In this document: positions 19,850 to 30,003 of the stretch, piece by piece
Layout of the letters: every line of letters starts with the position of its first letter
Position numbering within the stretch: the stretch's first letter is position 1
DNA from: a virus
Virus record (IMG/VR): IMGVR_UViG_3300021364_000015
Span: 4,531 to 68,530 of that record
Length of the DNA: 64,000 bases
Reading direction: 5' to 3' (one strand)
Program-made: the position numbers and the translations under genes
The notes under the pieces: model-generated
Database searches by the model: none
Told to the model about the DNA's origin: nothing
The model's input: the letters and a program-made list of their open reading frames with translations, nothing else

Positions 19850-20173
19850 CTTAACCCACTTCAAGTCTTTGAATAGGTCAGCGTCCTCAACATATTGGCG
19901 GATAAATCTAGAGTTCACAGTACCCCGAGCAACAATCTCCCATTGTTCAGCAGGAGACCGATCCCCAAAGTCTGCTTTAAACCGTTTGTGCTCTCGGGAA
20001 GCAAACGACTCAGGCTTTAAAAACACCTTTAATGTCTCAGTCTTCGGGTCCCACGCCCAAACTCGCTCAGCCGCTAACGGACTGAAACCCAACTTGTCTC
20101 TATCGGCAGGGCGTGCCCGCTCCAAAGCCATAGCCCGAACAGGAGTGATTGGGAGATCAAAAGCAAAAATCAT
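19835..20173 (-). CDS. Hypothetical protein
   Basis: Tightly coupled ORF downstream of the giant gene. Confidence 0.6.
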   Translation of the reverse strand: MIFAFDLPITPVRAMALERARPADRDKLGFSPLAAERVWAWDPKTETLKVFLKPESFASREHKRFKADFGDRSPAEQWEIVARGTVNSRFIRQYVEDADLFKDLKWVKLTSK

Positions 20174-20175
20174 AT

Positions 20176-20622
20176 TTAATCGTCCTCCTCGCTAGCCGTA
20201 ACTACTCGTAACTCTTCCGTGGAGAGAGGCGACACGACCATTTTTGTAGCGGGGTCACCAATAGGAGTTGTACCTTCCCCAACCATAGTCAAAGTAATGT
20301 CGTCTCCGTCTACTTCAGATTCCATAACAGCAGCATCAGTTAAATACCTAACATCGTATTCATCGTTTGAGTTGGTCCGCAACCTAAAATGCTTAGGGTT
20401 AGAAAGATCAGTCACCATAAATCCGTTGATGACCATAGCGTCATCTTCAGGGACAATCATTCTATCTTTCATCTCATCAGGAAACTCAATAGACCCATAA
20501 GGGGTCACTTGCTTATCCAGTAAGAAAAACTTTACTTTAGCAAAAGTGTTGAAGCGTAGATAGCCTTCTTCAACCTTTGCGTTTTCCTGAACCCATGTGG
20601 GGAGTGTCTGTAAATCTAGCAT
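20176..20622 (-). CDS. Hypothetical acidic protein
   Basis: Starts 9 nt after the giant gene's stop codon. Confidence 0.65.
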   Translation of the reverse strand: MLDLQTLPTWVQENAKVEEGYLRFNTFAKVKFFLLDKQVTPYGSIEFPDEMKDRMIVPEDDAMVINGFMVTDLSNPKHFRLRTNSNDEYDVRYLTDAAVMESEVDGDDITLTMVGEGTTPIGDPATKMVVSPLSTEELRVVTASEEDD

Positions 20623-20631
20623 TTTTATATC

Positions 20632-23600
20632 CTACCCTGATGTTCCACTAAATCCAAATACGGATGCAGCGTCGGTCTCGGCAATTTTAAAAGTATCTAA
20701 CTTGCCCGTAATTTTAGCAGATGGGATGTCAGCACGCTTAACTTGTGGACCTAACTTCATTACCGGTCCGTTTGGACCGGCCTCCCACACAATAAAACGG
20801 AAAGTGCTACCGCCCGCAGCAGAGGGGTCCAGCACAATTATGTTCCTACTGTTTAGGACGGACAAATCAATTTGACTGGCCTGAATATCGGATTGAAGTG
20901 CTTCAAGGTTCTTGGTACCCATCGGCCCACCTAAGTCCCCAAGGTTAACAACCGATTCGGTCCACGGCACCTGATGAGGTATATAAACTTCATCACCACC
21001 ACCCCCGAGACTACCATTCACAAACGTCTGCCAAGGCCCGCCCGAATTGTCCCACTTACTCACAGAAGTGTTGTGCGGATTACCCCACACATCCGTAGAT
21101 GCCCATTGAGCATCCAACTTGCTAACAATATCGTCAGAAAACATAATTACGCCCGAACTCGTGCTTAACTGGGTCGCATCATCCTTGGTGCGAATATACA
21201 TACCATCCCCGGCCTGATGTGCTGGATCAGTGTCTCCCGAGGCCCCTCTAAGTCTATGTATGAAAGACGTGTTGCTTTGTGCTTTTTCAGCCCTATCTAA
21301 AGACCCCGTATGAGAGCCGTCCGCAAACAACCGACGAATAAACGTACTACGCCCAGACTCATCCGAAACAGATAGACTTTGGCTAGAATAAAATGCTGGA
21401 ACTTTAGGAGCGCCGTTACTGTGAGTATCAGTTACACCTTTCTTCCCTGAGCGTCGCTTACCTAGTTCAATTGCTGCCCGTTGTGCAGCCTCGGGTGTTA
21501 GAACAACGTGGGCTTTGCCTCCAGCCAAAGAGTAAGAAATATCTTCTGGTTTAATTCCGTACTCCGCTAAATGAGTAAGCACTGATTGCATCGTAGCAGG
21601 GCTACTGTAATCTGTACCATAACCACCATGGTAAGATGGATCGACGTTACCTGCTTTCAAAGAGGTGCCTTTTGCCAACAAATCTCTAGCCAACTGATCT
21701 CGGATTTGAGTTTCAGTGGGCGGAGAAGCATCCACACCAACCTTAGCAAACACGCCTTCTAATGTTTCTTGCGCCCTTGTTGGGTCTTTCATGGCTTCCC
21801 TAGTATCGCCACTAACAAACACACGGACCCTTCTATTCAAACCGTGTTCGGCACCACCATTATTTGCAACTTCGGGATAAACCATAACTTTCACATCCCC
21901 GAAATCTACAACCCTAATGGAAGTGCCCCCAGATGGGTCGGACGGGAGAAACTTTGAACTGCTGTCAATTGGGCCGTCACCAGACGACAACGTAGTATGA
22001 CCTTCACTCGCAAAGTCGCTTACGTTTTTGGATGTCCCGTCAAGGGAAGAATCGACCTTCAACGTAGGCATAGTATCGCCAGCAAAGTGGAATACCTTTT
22101 GATTACCGCCTTCAATATAATAGTGCGGATCGGTTCCTGCATCAATCTGCTCAAGAAGTTGAGTATGTGCTTCAGGAGACAAATTGAACGATAACTCTGC
22201 GTTCTTCACAAACTTGGCTTCACCTGAACCAACACCGCCCTCATTCACAAAATGGCCGGGAGTAAACGATACCTTCTGGCCTTCTAACGCAGGTCCGTCT
22301 ATAGAGAGTTCGTTGACAATCGGCAAAGGCGCATCTATGCTATCGTCTTTTGCGTCAATGTCCGAAGGACTGTTCATAGCCTTAACAACTCCCTCCGTCG
22401 ATGACTTTTGAATAGCAGTAACATCGGTGGATGAAAGCGTCAACTGAGGGGCCAGTAGACCAACGCCTTCAGCATAGGTAGCAGGATCACTCGGATCACC
22501 ATTAGGATCAACAATCTTACCGAACTTGCCAGATGACGCAGGTGGGGTAAACATCTTTATAGACGCTGCCGCATCCGTCAACTCTTCATCGGTCAAAACA
22601 TCATCAGCAAAATCTTTCCCAAGCGCATCCTTCCATCCGGCGTGGCGCTGAGCAACGAAATCAGACATCTCTAGCAAACGGCCAGCCTCTTCGTCAGTAA
22701 GATTACCGACTTCGACCTGACCACGAATTCGTTTCTGAGAAGCATCTACATCATAAGCCTGCAACGCTTTTTGCGCTTCTACGATAACAGCCTTACGATC
22801 TTCAGCAGGGAGACTACTGATGTATTGTCCAAATTTTGATCCGAAGAACTCTTCTGCACCGTCAGCCTTTTCCGTGTCATATGGGACGAACGCTTTACCA
22901 GCATCGAAAGCAAAAACTGATCGCTTACCGTTAGCGTCCACCATACTGATTCTGTTCCACTCACCATTATCAGGCTCACCAATTAAGTACTGCTGGGCAA
23001 GCATAGCGCCCAACTGCTGATGATTGAGTGCAGTCCCACTGTGACTCTTCTTCATGTCTAGAACATTGCCGACAGGCTGAATAATCATCGGACGATTAGT
23101 TGTGTCTACACCATCCTTGGTAATAGTATCTGATCCGTTGGGAAGCATCTCTGCGCCACTCTGGAAATACGTATCGCCCGCAAATGTTACATCGGGGACA
23201 GGTAGACCCAAATCCTGTGCAACAATCGCTGCTGACGATTCTGACAAGTGTTCTTTATCGTTACGGGCAGGCTTCTTTAGAACATAAAAGTTACCTGTTA
23301 CTTCATCACGGAACATCCGGGTTGGATAACCAATCGTAGCATTAATGCCTGCGTCGCCTACAGATGTTTCAACATACCGGTCAACAGAGCCACTACTAAT
23401 CGCATCAAAAATTTCATCATTCAGATCAAAGTCAGTTACCATGAACTCTGGATCATTTAGCGCATCAACAACCCCAACATCTGCTAACAACTCTGCCGCA
23501 GCCTCACGCTTTGCAGGTTCGTTGACATCAACCTTAGCCGCAACCTGCTTAAGAGGCAAACCTGTCTGCTTTGACTTCTTTAGCATCTCTTCATTATCGA

Positions 23601-26600
23601 AAAGCGACGGAGTGTGCTTCGTGGGAGGAACAACATCTTTAGGAATTCCCCCGGAGCCTTTAGTCGGACCAGAGTCAGGACTCGTCATATTCTTAAACAT
23701 GGCATTATAGTACGTGTTACCCGTTGTATCGCCGTTGACGCCGCCGTTACTGACCCATAAATCTAAATCGGCGGCGATCTGCAAGTCACGGGCTTTACCA
23801 GTTGCAGTTGTTGTGTCTTTATCAATGAATCCCGGCACCATGTCCGCAGAAACAAAGTCTACAGCGTCTGTTTCGTCATTACCAGCAATGTTAACTTTAT
23901 TGAGACCGCCGCTAACCTGTGCGATGAAGAAGTAGTTCTTGCTGGTGTCACCACCGTAAGACCCCGGTAGGGCACCAACGACCTGAACATCATCTGGTGA
24001 CAATCCTGTCTCTTCAGCCAACTCTCGCATAGCAGCGCCGTAAGCAGTTTCACCGTTGTCGATTCCACCCTTACTGAAAGTCCAGCCGTAGCCACCATAG
24101 TTACCCTTTGTGTGGCGCATCAAAACCTTACCGGTGTCAGTGTCCACAACTAGCACGCCAACACGAGTCGTTGGATCGTCAATGTCAAAATCGGGGTCAT
24201 CAAAAACCTCTGCTGGATCAGCCTTAGCAATTTGTTCTGGCGACCACGGATTAGAATCATACACTTTTTCACGATAATCCTTGCGACTCGCTGGAGGCTT
24301 AGGACCTGAAAGGCCATCTGCGCTATTATTGATCACATCGTCTGGAACATCCGTGGTGTCATTCAGATCAGGGTTGTTTACAACGTCTTCAATCTTGCTG
24401 TTCGGATGGAACCCATCGGGATCGGGGTCGCCCATTTCTAGATCGGCATTATCTACCAAACCATCTTGCTTAGCCTTTACTTCTCGGTTTGTCACCTCAG
24501 CCTTAAGTCTATCCAACGTTGTTTGGTTAACAGGAGAAAGCGGAGGAGTGCTCGTATCGGCTGCTTCCTTATTGAAAGCATCAGTGTAGGCGTTCAGTTC
24601 TTCGTCGGTAAGCGATTTGATAAATTCTGCTTCAGAAGGCGTAAATCCATCGGCGGATTCAGTTTCCGTGTAGAACTTGTTCCGCTCTTTACTAAAGCCC
24701 GTAAAAGTCAAATCCTTAGTAGACGGCGGCTCTTTAGACTCGCCACGCTTTTTAGCACGGGCACCCTGAATCATGTTGATCGCAGTAACACGATCTTGAA
24801 GAACCTTACTAGGAGGACTACCAGCGGCCTCAAGCGCAGCAATCTCAGCAATATGAGCCTGCTTATAGTTCTCTAAGTCGTCATCAGATAAACCCATCAA
24901 GAATTCATTAGTAGGCGTGGAGCCACGTGCTACTGCGAAACCTTCTGGCGAATAATCTACGCCGGGAGAAGATAACTCGTCAGCAGGGGTCTCAATGTCT
25001 ACCGCACCAGCGGCACCGCCAGCATCACCCGGAGGATCAACGGGAGGCTTGATCGAATTTACGATAGACTCACGACGGTTCGGCGCAAGCCGACCCACGA
25101 AATCTTCGTAATCCCCATCAAACGACCCGTCATCTTGGGCACGCTTCAACTCGTTAAGTTCCAGCCAATCGTTATACCGACGACGCTCAACACGGACATC
25201 TTTGCTATTCTTGTTAGCCTTTAGATACTTCTTGATATCCTTTTCAGAGAAATCGTTGATACCCTTACCCAAGCGGTTTGCCCAAAACGCTGACAACTCG
25301 TTAAACTCTACTTGGATAGCGTTATCTACCTTGCTCTTATCTTCGTCAGACAAATCCCGAAGTTCAGGAACGTCTACCTTCTTACGGCGACCGCCAATCG
25401 AAAGTTGACTAAAGTTGTCTAGTTTCTCAGGTTTACGTGGAGAATCAAACTTCTTCGGAGCCTTCGGGGCAGTTGCAGCAGGAGCAGCGGAAGCAGCAGG
25501 ACGGCGCTCACGCCGATCACGGCGAGAAGTGTCAGGATCGACAAAGTTCGCCAGTCGATCCATAATGCCAGCAATAGCATCAAGAATACGCCGACCAATG
25601 CTACGGTCCTTTTCATTCTTAGGAGGATTATCAGTAAGACGGCCAGCCTCCAAACCAGCAGCCTTTTCAACAGCCTTATAAGCCTTTTGAATCTCAGGGA
25701 TATCGGGGTCCTTGAAATCCTGATCATTCAATACGTTACTCAAATTGTCCAAAGCATCCGCCAAAGGCTCGCCGCCAAGCAAATCCTTATCCGCATCAGT
25801 CAACTGAGCAGCATTACGTCGCTCTGCAATGCTCGGACCAATACGACCCGGACGCTTGTCTTCAGTCTTATCCAAAACATTAGCGAGTTTATCCATGACA
25901 TCGGCAAGACCGTTCAAAGCGTTATCATACTTTTCCTTGATTGCTGCACCAAGACGCTCACGGCGAGAACCCCGCTCAAGCCTACGCTGACGGCGCTTCT
26001 CCATAGCGTCTTCAATACGGATACCAAGATCAACAAGACTATTTACAACAGTGCGTGGAAGAGAGTAGCCACAGTTACGCCCGAACTGATCGGTGATGCG
26101 CCCGCCGTAACGAGTGCCGGGAGGGCACCGATATCGGTTCAAACCGGGGTCGAACAGAGCACGAGCACGACCTCCGCCACGGCCACCCCGTTTAACTTGA
26201 ATGTTTTCTCGGCTTTCCGCAAAAATTGCAGCCCGAACTTCAATCAACTCGTGATAGTTAGCGGTTCGGTGTGTGAGAGAGGTAATCGTCTTGGTGGATA
26301 AGAAAAAAGGGTTAACCGCTTTTCCCTCCGAAACAATTTCAAAAACGGGAGCGTCCTTCGCACGGCGAGGAGCAGACCGAGACAAGAACGTCTCATAAAC
26401 CCACTGGGGAACCGTCAAAGTTTTACCACCAGCAGTCTGAACACGAATTAACTCGTTCTTGTTAGCATTCACTTCAAACTTGTTATTCTTTAGTTCCCCA
26501 AATTCAACAGTCAGCCTACCGTCTGTACCATCGGCATAATTGCGAATAGCCGCACTAGGGTCAGGCAGGTCTGCCGCCCGTCGTAAAGAGGTTGGGAAAA

Positions 26601-27936
26601 CACGACGCAAACTTTCAACCTCGGTCGGAGACAACTCTCCACCAACTCTACTCACACGGACAGCACCAGACTCAGGGATGTCAACATAGACATCACGGAG
26701 ACCGGTAGAGAAAGCAGGAACAATATCTTTACCAATCTGTCCGCTTTCATAACGATCAATCAGTGTACCATCAGCCAAGTCGTCAAACTCATCAAGTTTA
26801 CCAAGAGCCTGTAATGAAACCACAGGTTCAAGAATAACACCATCTCTACGAACAGCACGAACTGAAAAGTCTTGCTCATCCGTGCGAGCAAGAACAGTGT
26901 TAATTGAAATCTGACGGCGAGTGGGGCTACCCTTCTTGGGGGCAACAGGAATCTGAGCCGCACGGATAATATCATATGGATTACGGTTGCGGCGCAAGTC
27001 GCCAATCTCCCGAACCAGTGAAGCATCACGAGCCAAAGCAGCCAAAGCCCTCTGCGCTCCAGACGAAGGAGACCCTACGCCTTTACCGGGAATACCCAAA
27101 ATCTGAGCACCACAAGTACTGAACTGCGCATTAGTGAAAGTACCGCCCTTTTGGAATCCGGGCGGACACCTAAACTTATTGCGAGCGCCACGACCCCCAG
27201 CACGCCCACGACGGGCTAACCCGCCAACAAGTCGTCTAGCACTCGGAAGTCCCCGACCGCCACCGGGAGTCAAAGTTTCGTAAATCTGCGAACGGATAGG
27301 GCTACGGATATCTGAAATATCGCCCGGAAGGATAATAGTGCCTACGGCTTGAGCGGCCTGACCAGCACGGCTAGAACTGCCAAAAATGCCAACACGCTTT
27401 TCGCTAACTTCACCGTTAACTCCAACCTTTGCCGCATACGAAGAAAACATTGCCGCCTTCATATCAACAGCAGACTGACGGCCAGCAATAGGCTGAACTA
27501 GCACGCCACCAAAGTCCCTAGATTCACGAACAGCAATCCGCAAAGGCGAAACTTCAATTATTTCGTTCTGAGAAAGCAACTCACCCGACTTCGCTCTGCG
27601 GGCAGCACTTCTAACACGGCGAACACTCCGACTACGGCGTTTACCGCCACGCCCACGCCCACGCTTACCTTTACCCTCGTTGGGCCACTTGCCTGTAAGT
27701 TCGTGGTGAAGCCACGCACAGATGCGCTGAGGTTTGCCACCAAACTGCGGTTTATCCATAAGGATAACAACACAGCGGCGAAATCCACCCGGCTTCTTCA
27801 TGATAGGACGCCAGTACTTTAAAAGTTCCTCAAGATTGCCACGACGAGGACCACGACCACGAGTAAGGCTAGTTAAAGCATCTGCGTTAGGGCCGACTTC
27901 TGGTCTTTTAATTTCAGTCAGCATCGAAATCCCCAC
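20632..27936 (-). CDS. Giant (2434 aa) multidomain head-associated protein with a Nudix hydrolase and a HipA/PI3K-like kinase-like domain (likely start 27924)
   Basis: Nudix box GGIDNGETAYGAAMRELAEETG; kinase-like 'FYVLKK...SE..A..VAQDLGLPVP...LIGEPDN..WN...FDAGKAF'; two RCPPG..GG..T...CG motifs; lies inside the head operon. Confidence 0.7.
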   Translation of the reverse strand: MGISMLTEIKRPEVGPNADALTSLTRGRGPRRGNLEELLKYWRPIMKKPGGFRRCVVILMDKPQFGGKPQRICAWLHHELTGKWPNEGKGKRGRGRGGKRRSRSVRRVRSAARRAKSGELLSQNEIIEVSPLRIAVRESRDFGGVLVQPIAGRQSAVDMKAAMFSSYAAKVGVNGEVSEKRVGIFGSSSRAGQAAQAVGTIILPGDISDIRSPIRSQIYETLTPGGGRGLPSARRLVGGLARRGRAGGRGARNKFRCPPGFQKGGTFTNAQFSTCGAQILGIPGKGVGSPSSGAQRALAALARDASLVREIGDLRRNRNPYDIIRAAQIPVAPKKGSPTRRQISINTVLARTDEQDFSVRAVRRDGVILEPVVSLQALGKLDEFDDLADGTLIDRYESGQIGKDIVPAFSTGLRDVYVDIPESGAVRVSRVGGELSPTEVESLRRVFPTSLRRAADLPDPSAAIRNYADGTDGRLTVEFGELKNNKFEVNANKNELIRVQTAGGKTLTVPQWVYETFLSRSAPRRAKDAPVFEIVSEGKAVNPFFLSTKTITSLTHRTANYHELIEVRAAIFAESRENIQVKRGGRGGGRARALFDPGLNRYRCPPGTRYGGRITDQFGRNCGYSLPRTVVNSLVDLGIRIEDAMEKRRQRRLERGSRRERLGAAIKEKYDNALNGLADVMDKLANVLDKTEDKRPGRIGPSIAERRNAAQLTDADKDLLGGEPLADALDNLSNVLNDQDFKDPDIPEIQKAYKAVEKAAGLEAGRLTDNPPKNEKDRSIGRRILDAIAGIMDRLANFVDPDTSRRDRRERRPAASAAPAATAPKAPKKFDSPRKPEKLDNFSQLSIGGRRKKVDVPELRDLSDEDKSKVDNAIQVEFNELSAFWANRLGKGINDFSEKDIKKYLKANKNSKDVRVERRRYNDWLELNELKRAQDDGSFDGDYEDFVGRLAPNRRESIVNSIKPPVDPPGDAGGAAGAVDIETPADELSSPGVDYSPEGFAVARGSTPTNEFLMGLSDDDLENYKQAHIAEIAALEAAGSPPSKVLQDRVTAINMIQGARAKKRGESKEPPSTKDLTFTGFSKERNKFYTETESADGFTPSEAEFIKSLTDEELNAYTDAFNKEAADTSTPPLSPVNQTTLDRLKAEVTNREVKAKQDGLVDNADLEMGDPDPDGFHPNSKIEDVVNNPDLNDTTDVPDDVINNSADGLSGPKPPASRKDYREKVYDSNPWSPEQIAKADPAEVFDDPDFDIDDPTTRVGVLVVDTDTGKVLMRHTKGNYGGYGWTFSKGGIDNGETAYGAAMRELAEETGLSPDDVQVVGALPGSYGGDTSKNYFFIAQVSGGLNKVNIAGNDETDAVDFVSADMVPGFIDKDTTTATGKARDLQIAADLDLWVSNGGVNGDTTGNTYYNAMFKNMTSPDSGPTKGSGGIPKDVVPPTKHTPSLFDNEEMLKKSKQTGLPLKQVAAKVDVNEPAKREAAAELLADVGVVDALNDPEFMVTDFDLNDEIFDAISSGSVDRYVETSVGDAGINATIGYPTRMFRDEVTGNFYVLKKPARNDKEHLSESSAAIVAQDLGLPVPDVTFAGDTYFQSGAEMLPNGSDTITKDGVDTTNRPMIIQPVGNVLDMKKSHSGTALNHQQLGAMLAQQYLIGEPDNGEWNRISMVDANGKRSVFAFDAGKAFVPYDTEKADGAEEFFGSKFGQYISSLPAEDRKAVIVEAQKALQAYDVDASQKRIRGQVEVGNLTDEEAGRLLEMSDFVAQRHAGWKDALGKDFADDVLTDEELTDAAASIKMFTPPASSGKFGKIVDPNGDPSDPATYAEGVGLLAPQLTLSSTDVTAIQKSSTEGVVKAMNSPSDIDAKDDSIDAPLPIVNELSIDGPALEGQKVSFTPGHFVNEGGVGSGEAKFVKNAELSFNLSPEAHTQLLEQIDAGTDPHYYIEGGNQKVFHFAGDTMPTLKVDSSLDGTSKNVSDFASEGHTTLSSGDGPIDSSSKFLPSDPSGGTSIRVVDFGDVKVMVYPEVANNGGAEHGLNRRVRVFVSGDTREAMKDPTRAQETLEGVFAKVGVDASPPTETQIRDQLARDLLAKGTSLKAGNVDPSYHGGYGTDYSSPATMQSVLTHLAEYGIKPEDISYSLAGGKAHVVLTPEAAQRAAIELGKRRSGKKGVTDTHSNGAPKVPAFYSSQSLSVSDESGRSTFIRRLFADGSHTGSLDRAEKAQSNTSFIHRLRGASGDTDPAHQAGDGMYIRTKDDATQLSTSSGVIMFSDDIVSKLDAQWASTDVWGNPHNTSVSKWDNSGGPWQTFVNGSLGGGGDEVYIPHQVPWTESVVNLGDLGGPMGTKNLEALQSDIQASQIDLSVLNSRNIIVLDPSAAGGSTFRFIVWEAGPNGPVMKLGPQVKRADIPSAKITGKLDTFKIAETDAASVFGFSGTSG

Positions 27937-28093
27937 ACCTCTCTAACGGCCTAAACTCGTAAACTTCGTCGTCAACCTCTAAGTATTCTACCTCGTCCGC
28001 ATTATACGTTGAGCCAAGAAACACTCTGGAACCGACATTGAACAGGGCTTCATTGGCAAGGCTAATCCTTTTCCCTACTTCTGAGGGTTTCAT
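27914..28093 (-). CDS. Hypothetical 59-aa protein
   Basis: MKPSEVGKRISLANEALFNVG...DFDAD*; fills the gap between two head-region genes; below the ORF-track cutoff. Confidence 0.5.
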   Translation of the reverse strand: MKPSEVGKRISLANEALFNVGSRVFLGSTYNADEVEYLEVDDEVYEFRPLERCGDFDAD

Positions 28094-28110
28094 AGCAGCC
28101 TACCCCCCAA

Positions 28111-29976
28111 TCAGGAACCTTCGCCCTCCATGAGAGCACGGAACTCATCTAGCGCAGAAAGGAAATCGGCGTCATCTGACTTTTCGCCGTCAGCCTCAGG
28201 GGCCGCTGCTTCGGCAGCATCCCCAAAGCCTTCAGGAATCATCTCTTCAAGACCAAGTTCTTTAGCCCGCTTCATGATATGTGCCTTTGCGGCATCGACA
28301 TCCTTAGCACGCTGATGAGCCATAATAGCATTCTTCAGATCAGCCTCATCAGCAATCGGGAACGACCCGTCTTCCATCGCCTCGCCCGACTCAGCCATTG
28401 CTTCACGCTGCTCACGTGAATACATGCGCTTAATTTCAAGTTCGGCCTCAAGAGCCTTGATCTCTTCCTCTTCGCTCATTTCGTACTCAACGTCATCAAT
28501 CATGTCGTATTCGTCGTAGCCCAAAACCTTACCCTCTACTGAAACGTAGAAATCAAAACTCTTCTGGTCAGAATCAACTTCAACAACATAGACATCTTCA
28601 TCAGCGAAAATATCAACCATGATGCCCATGACTTCGCCCTTAGCATCAAGTTCCATTTCATCAAATGCCTTAACAGCGACTGCTTCAGCATCTGAAGAAG
28701 AAATGATGTTCAGTTCTTCGGCAGACTTGCCTTCTACTAGACTTTCGTCAACTCGCAGCCAGCCAAGTTCATCGCCCTCACCTGACAGGAATACTTCAAT
28801 ACAAGTACCATCGTCACACTTGACATCTACAACAAACATGTCATCAGTGGAAGAGTAACCTGATCCAATGATTTCCCCCGGATGGACGCTCTTAACTACC
28901 GACTCAATATCCGCAAGACCGGGAAGGCCGTCTTCAGGAGCGCAGCCGCCCTGACAGAAGTCGCACGGCTGTGCGACAGACTTGCGTTGGAAGCCACACA
29001 GGAATTCTTCAGACTTTTCACCATCTTCAGGCTTAGCAGCAGTCAACTTTTCCCATTCATCGTGGGAAGCGCAAGGCATGAACTTGTCACCAGCACCATG
29101 TGTACCTTCGCAACCAAGGGCAGCAGCACGCTCAAGGGCCTCTTCTTCAGTGTCGAACATGTCAGCCATGCCTTCGGCCTTTTCCTGAACCTCTTCGGCA
29201 TCTTCAGACTTCTCATCGTCTTCGTCTTCCATGTGACCGCCCTTACGCATGGAGTTGACTTCAAGAGGACTGCGGCGACGGTAGCGCTTACCATATCCCT
29301 TGCCAGAGCCTTCTTCGTAAACGTCAACAGCCTCGTAGGAGTCCTTGGCGTCTTCATCAAGATCAGCGTACTTCTCTTCTGTGATGAGATCGTCGTCGGC
29401 TTCCATCTCTTTAAACCGGGCGTCGGTCATGAACATTGAAGGGGTTTCATCTTCGTCGTCTTCAATACGAGACATCTGCATCATGATAGAAGCAGCCTTG
29501 GCTTCTATATCACCGGACTCTTCAGGGTCTTCAGCGTCTTCAGGAAGTTCACCGTCTTCAGCCTCAGCCTCAGCCTCTTCAGCGTCAGCCTCTTCAGCGT
29601 CAGCCTCTTCAGCGTCGTCAGCGTCAGCCTCTTCATCGTCGTCAGCGTCAGCCTCTTCATCGTCGTCAGCGTCAGCCTCTTCGGCATCCTCATCGTCGTC
29701 AGCATCCTTAGTCTCAGCCTCTAGCGCTTGAGCAACCTTTTCAACCATGTCTTCGGCCTCAGGTTCGTCAGCCTCTACAGCCTCAGCCTCTTCGGCGTCG
29801 TCGGCCTCTACAGCCTCCACCTCTTCGGCGTCGTCAGTTTCTACAGCCTCAGCCTCTTCGGCTTCATCTACTTCGTCTTCAGTGTCGTCTTCGGCGTCAG
29901 CGCCCTTTTCCTCAACAGAAAGAAGCGCCTCAATATCCTCAAACTTCTGAAGATCGTCATTCATGTTTTCACTCAT
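28111..29976 (-). CDS. Very acidic head-associated protein (scaffold-like; PepSY-like, LGCxGxH..PC and DUF6582-like modules)
   Basis: Asp/Glu-rich repeats; 'LGCEGTHGAGDKFMPC'; 'ISSSDAEAVA...YVVEV....DFYVSVEGKVL' PepSY-like; 'GSFPIADEADLKNAI'. Confidence 0.6.
   Translation of the reverse strand: MSENMNDDLQKFEDIEALLSVEEKGADAEDDTEDEVDEAEEAEAVETDDAEEVEAVEADDAEEAEAVEADEPEAEDMVEKVAQALEAETKDADDDEDAEEADADDDEEADADDDEEADADDAEEADAEEADAEEAEAEAEDGELPEDAEDPEESGDIEAKAASIMMQMSRIEDDEDETPSMFMTDARFKEMEADDDLITEEKYADLDEDAKDSYEAVDVYEEGSGKGYGKRYRRRSPLEVNSMRKGGHMEDEDDEKSEDAEEVQEKAEGMADMFDTEEEALERAAALGCEGTHGAGDKFMPCASHDEWEKLTAAKPEDGEKSEEFLCGFQRKSVAQPCDFCQGGCAPEDGLPGLADIESVVKSVHPGEIIGSGYSSTDDMFVVDVKCDDGTCIEVFLSGEGDELGWLRVDESLVEGKSAEELNIISSSDAEAVAVKAFDEMELDAKGEVMGIMVDIFADEDVYVVEVDSDQKSFDFYVSVEGKVLGYDEYDMIDDVEYEMSEEEEIKALEAELEIKRMYSREQREAMAESGEAMEDGSFPIADEADLKNAIMAHQRAKDVDAAKAHIMKRAKELGLEEMIPEGFGDAAEAAAPEADGEKSDDADFLSALDEFRALMEGEGS
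29555..29900 (-). repeat. In-frame tandem repeats encoding (E/D)EADADDD and EAEAVEADD units
   Basis: Repeated gtcagcgtcagcctcttcatcgtc (24 bp) and cagcgtcagcctctt (15 bp) units. Confidence 0.8.
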
Positions 29977-30003
29977 TTTGAACTCCTATTACTCTTGAGT
30001 ATT

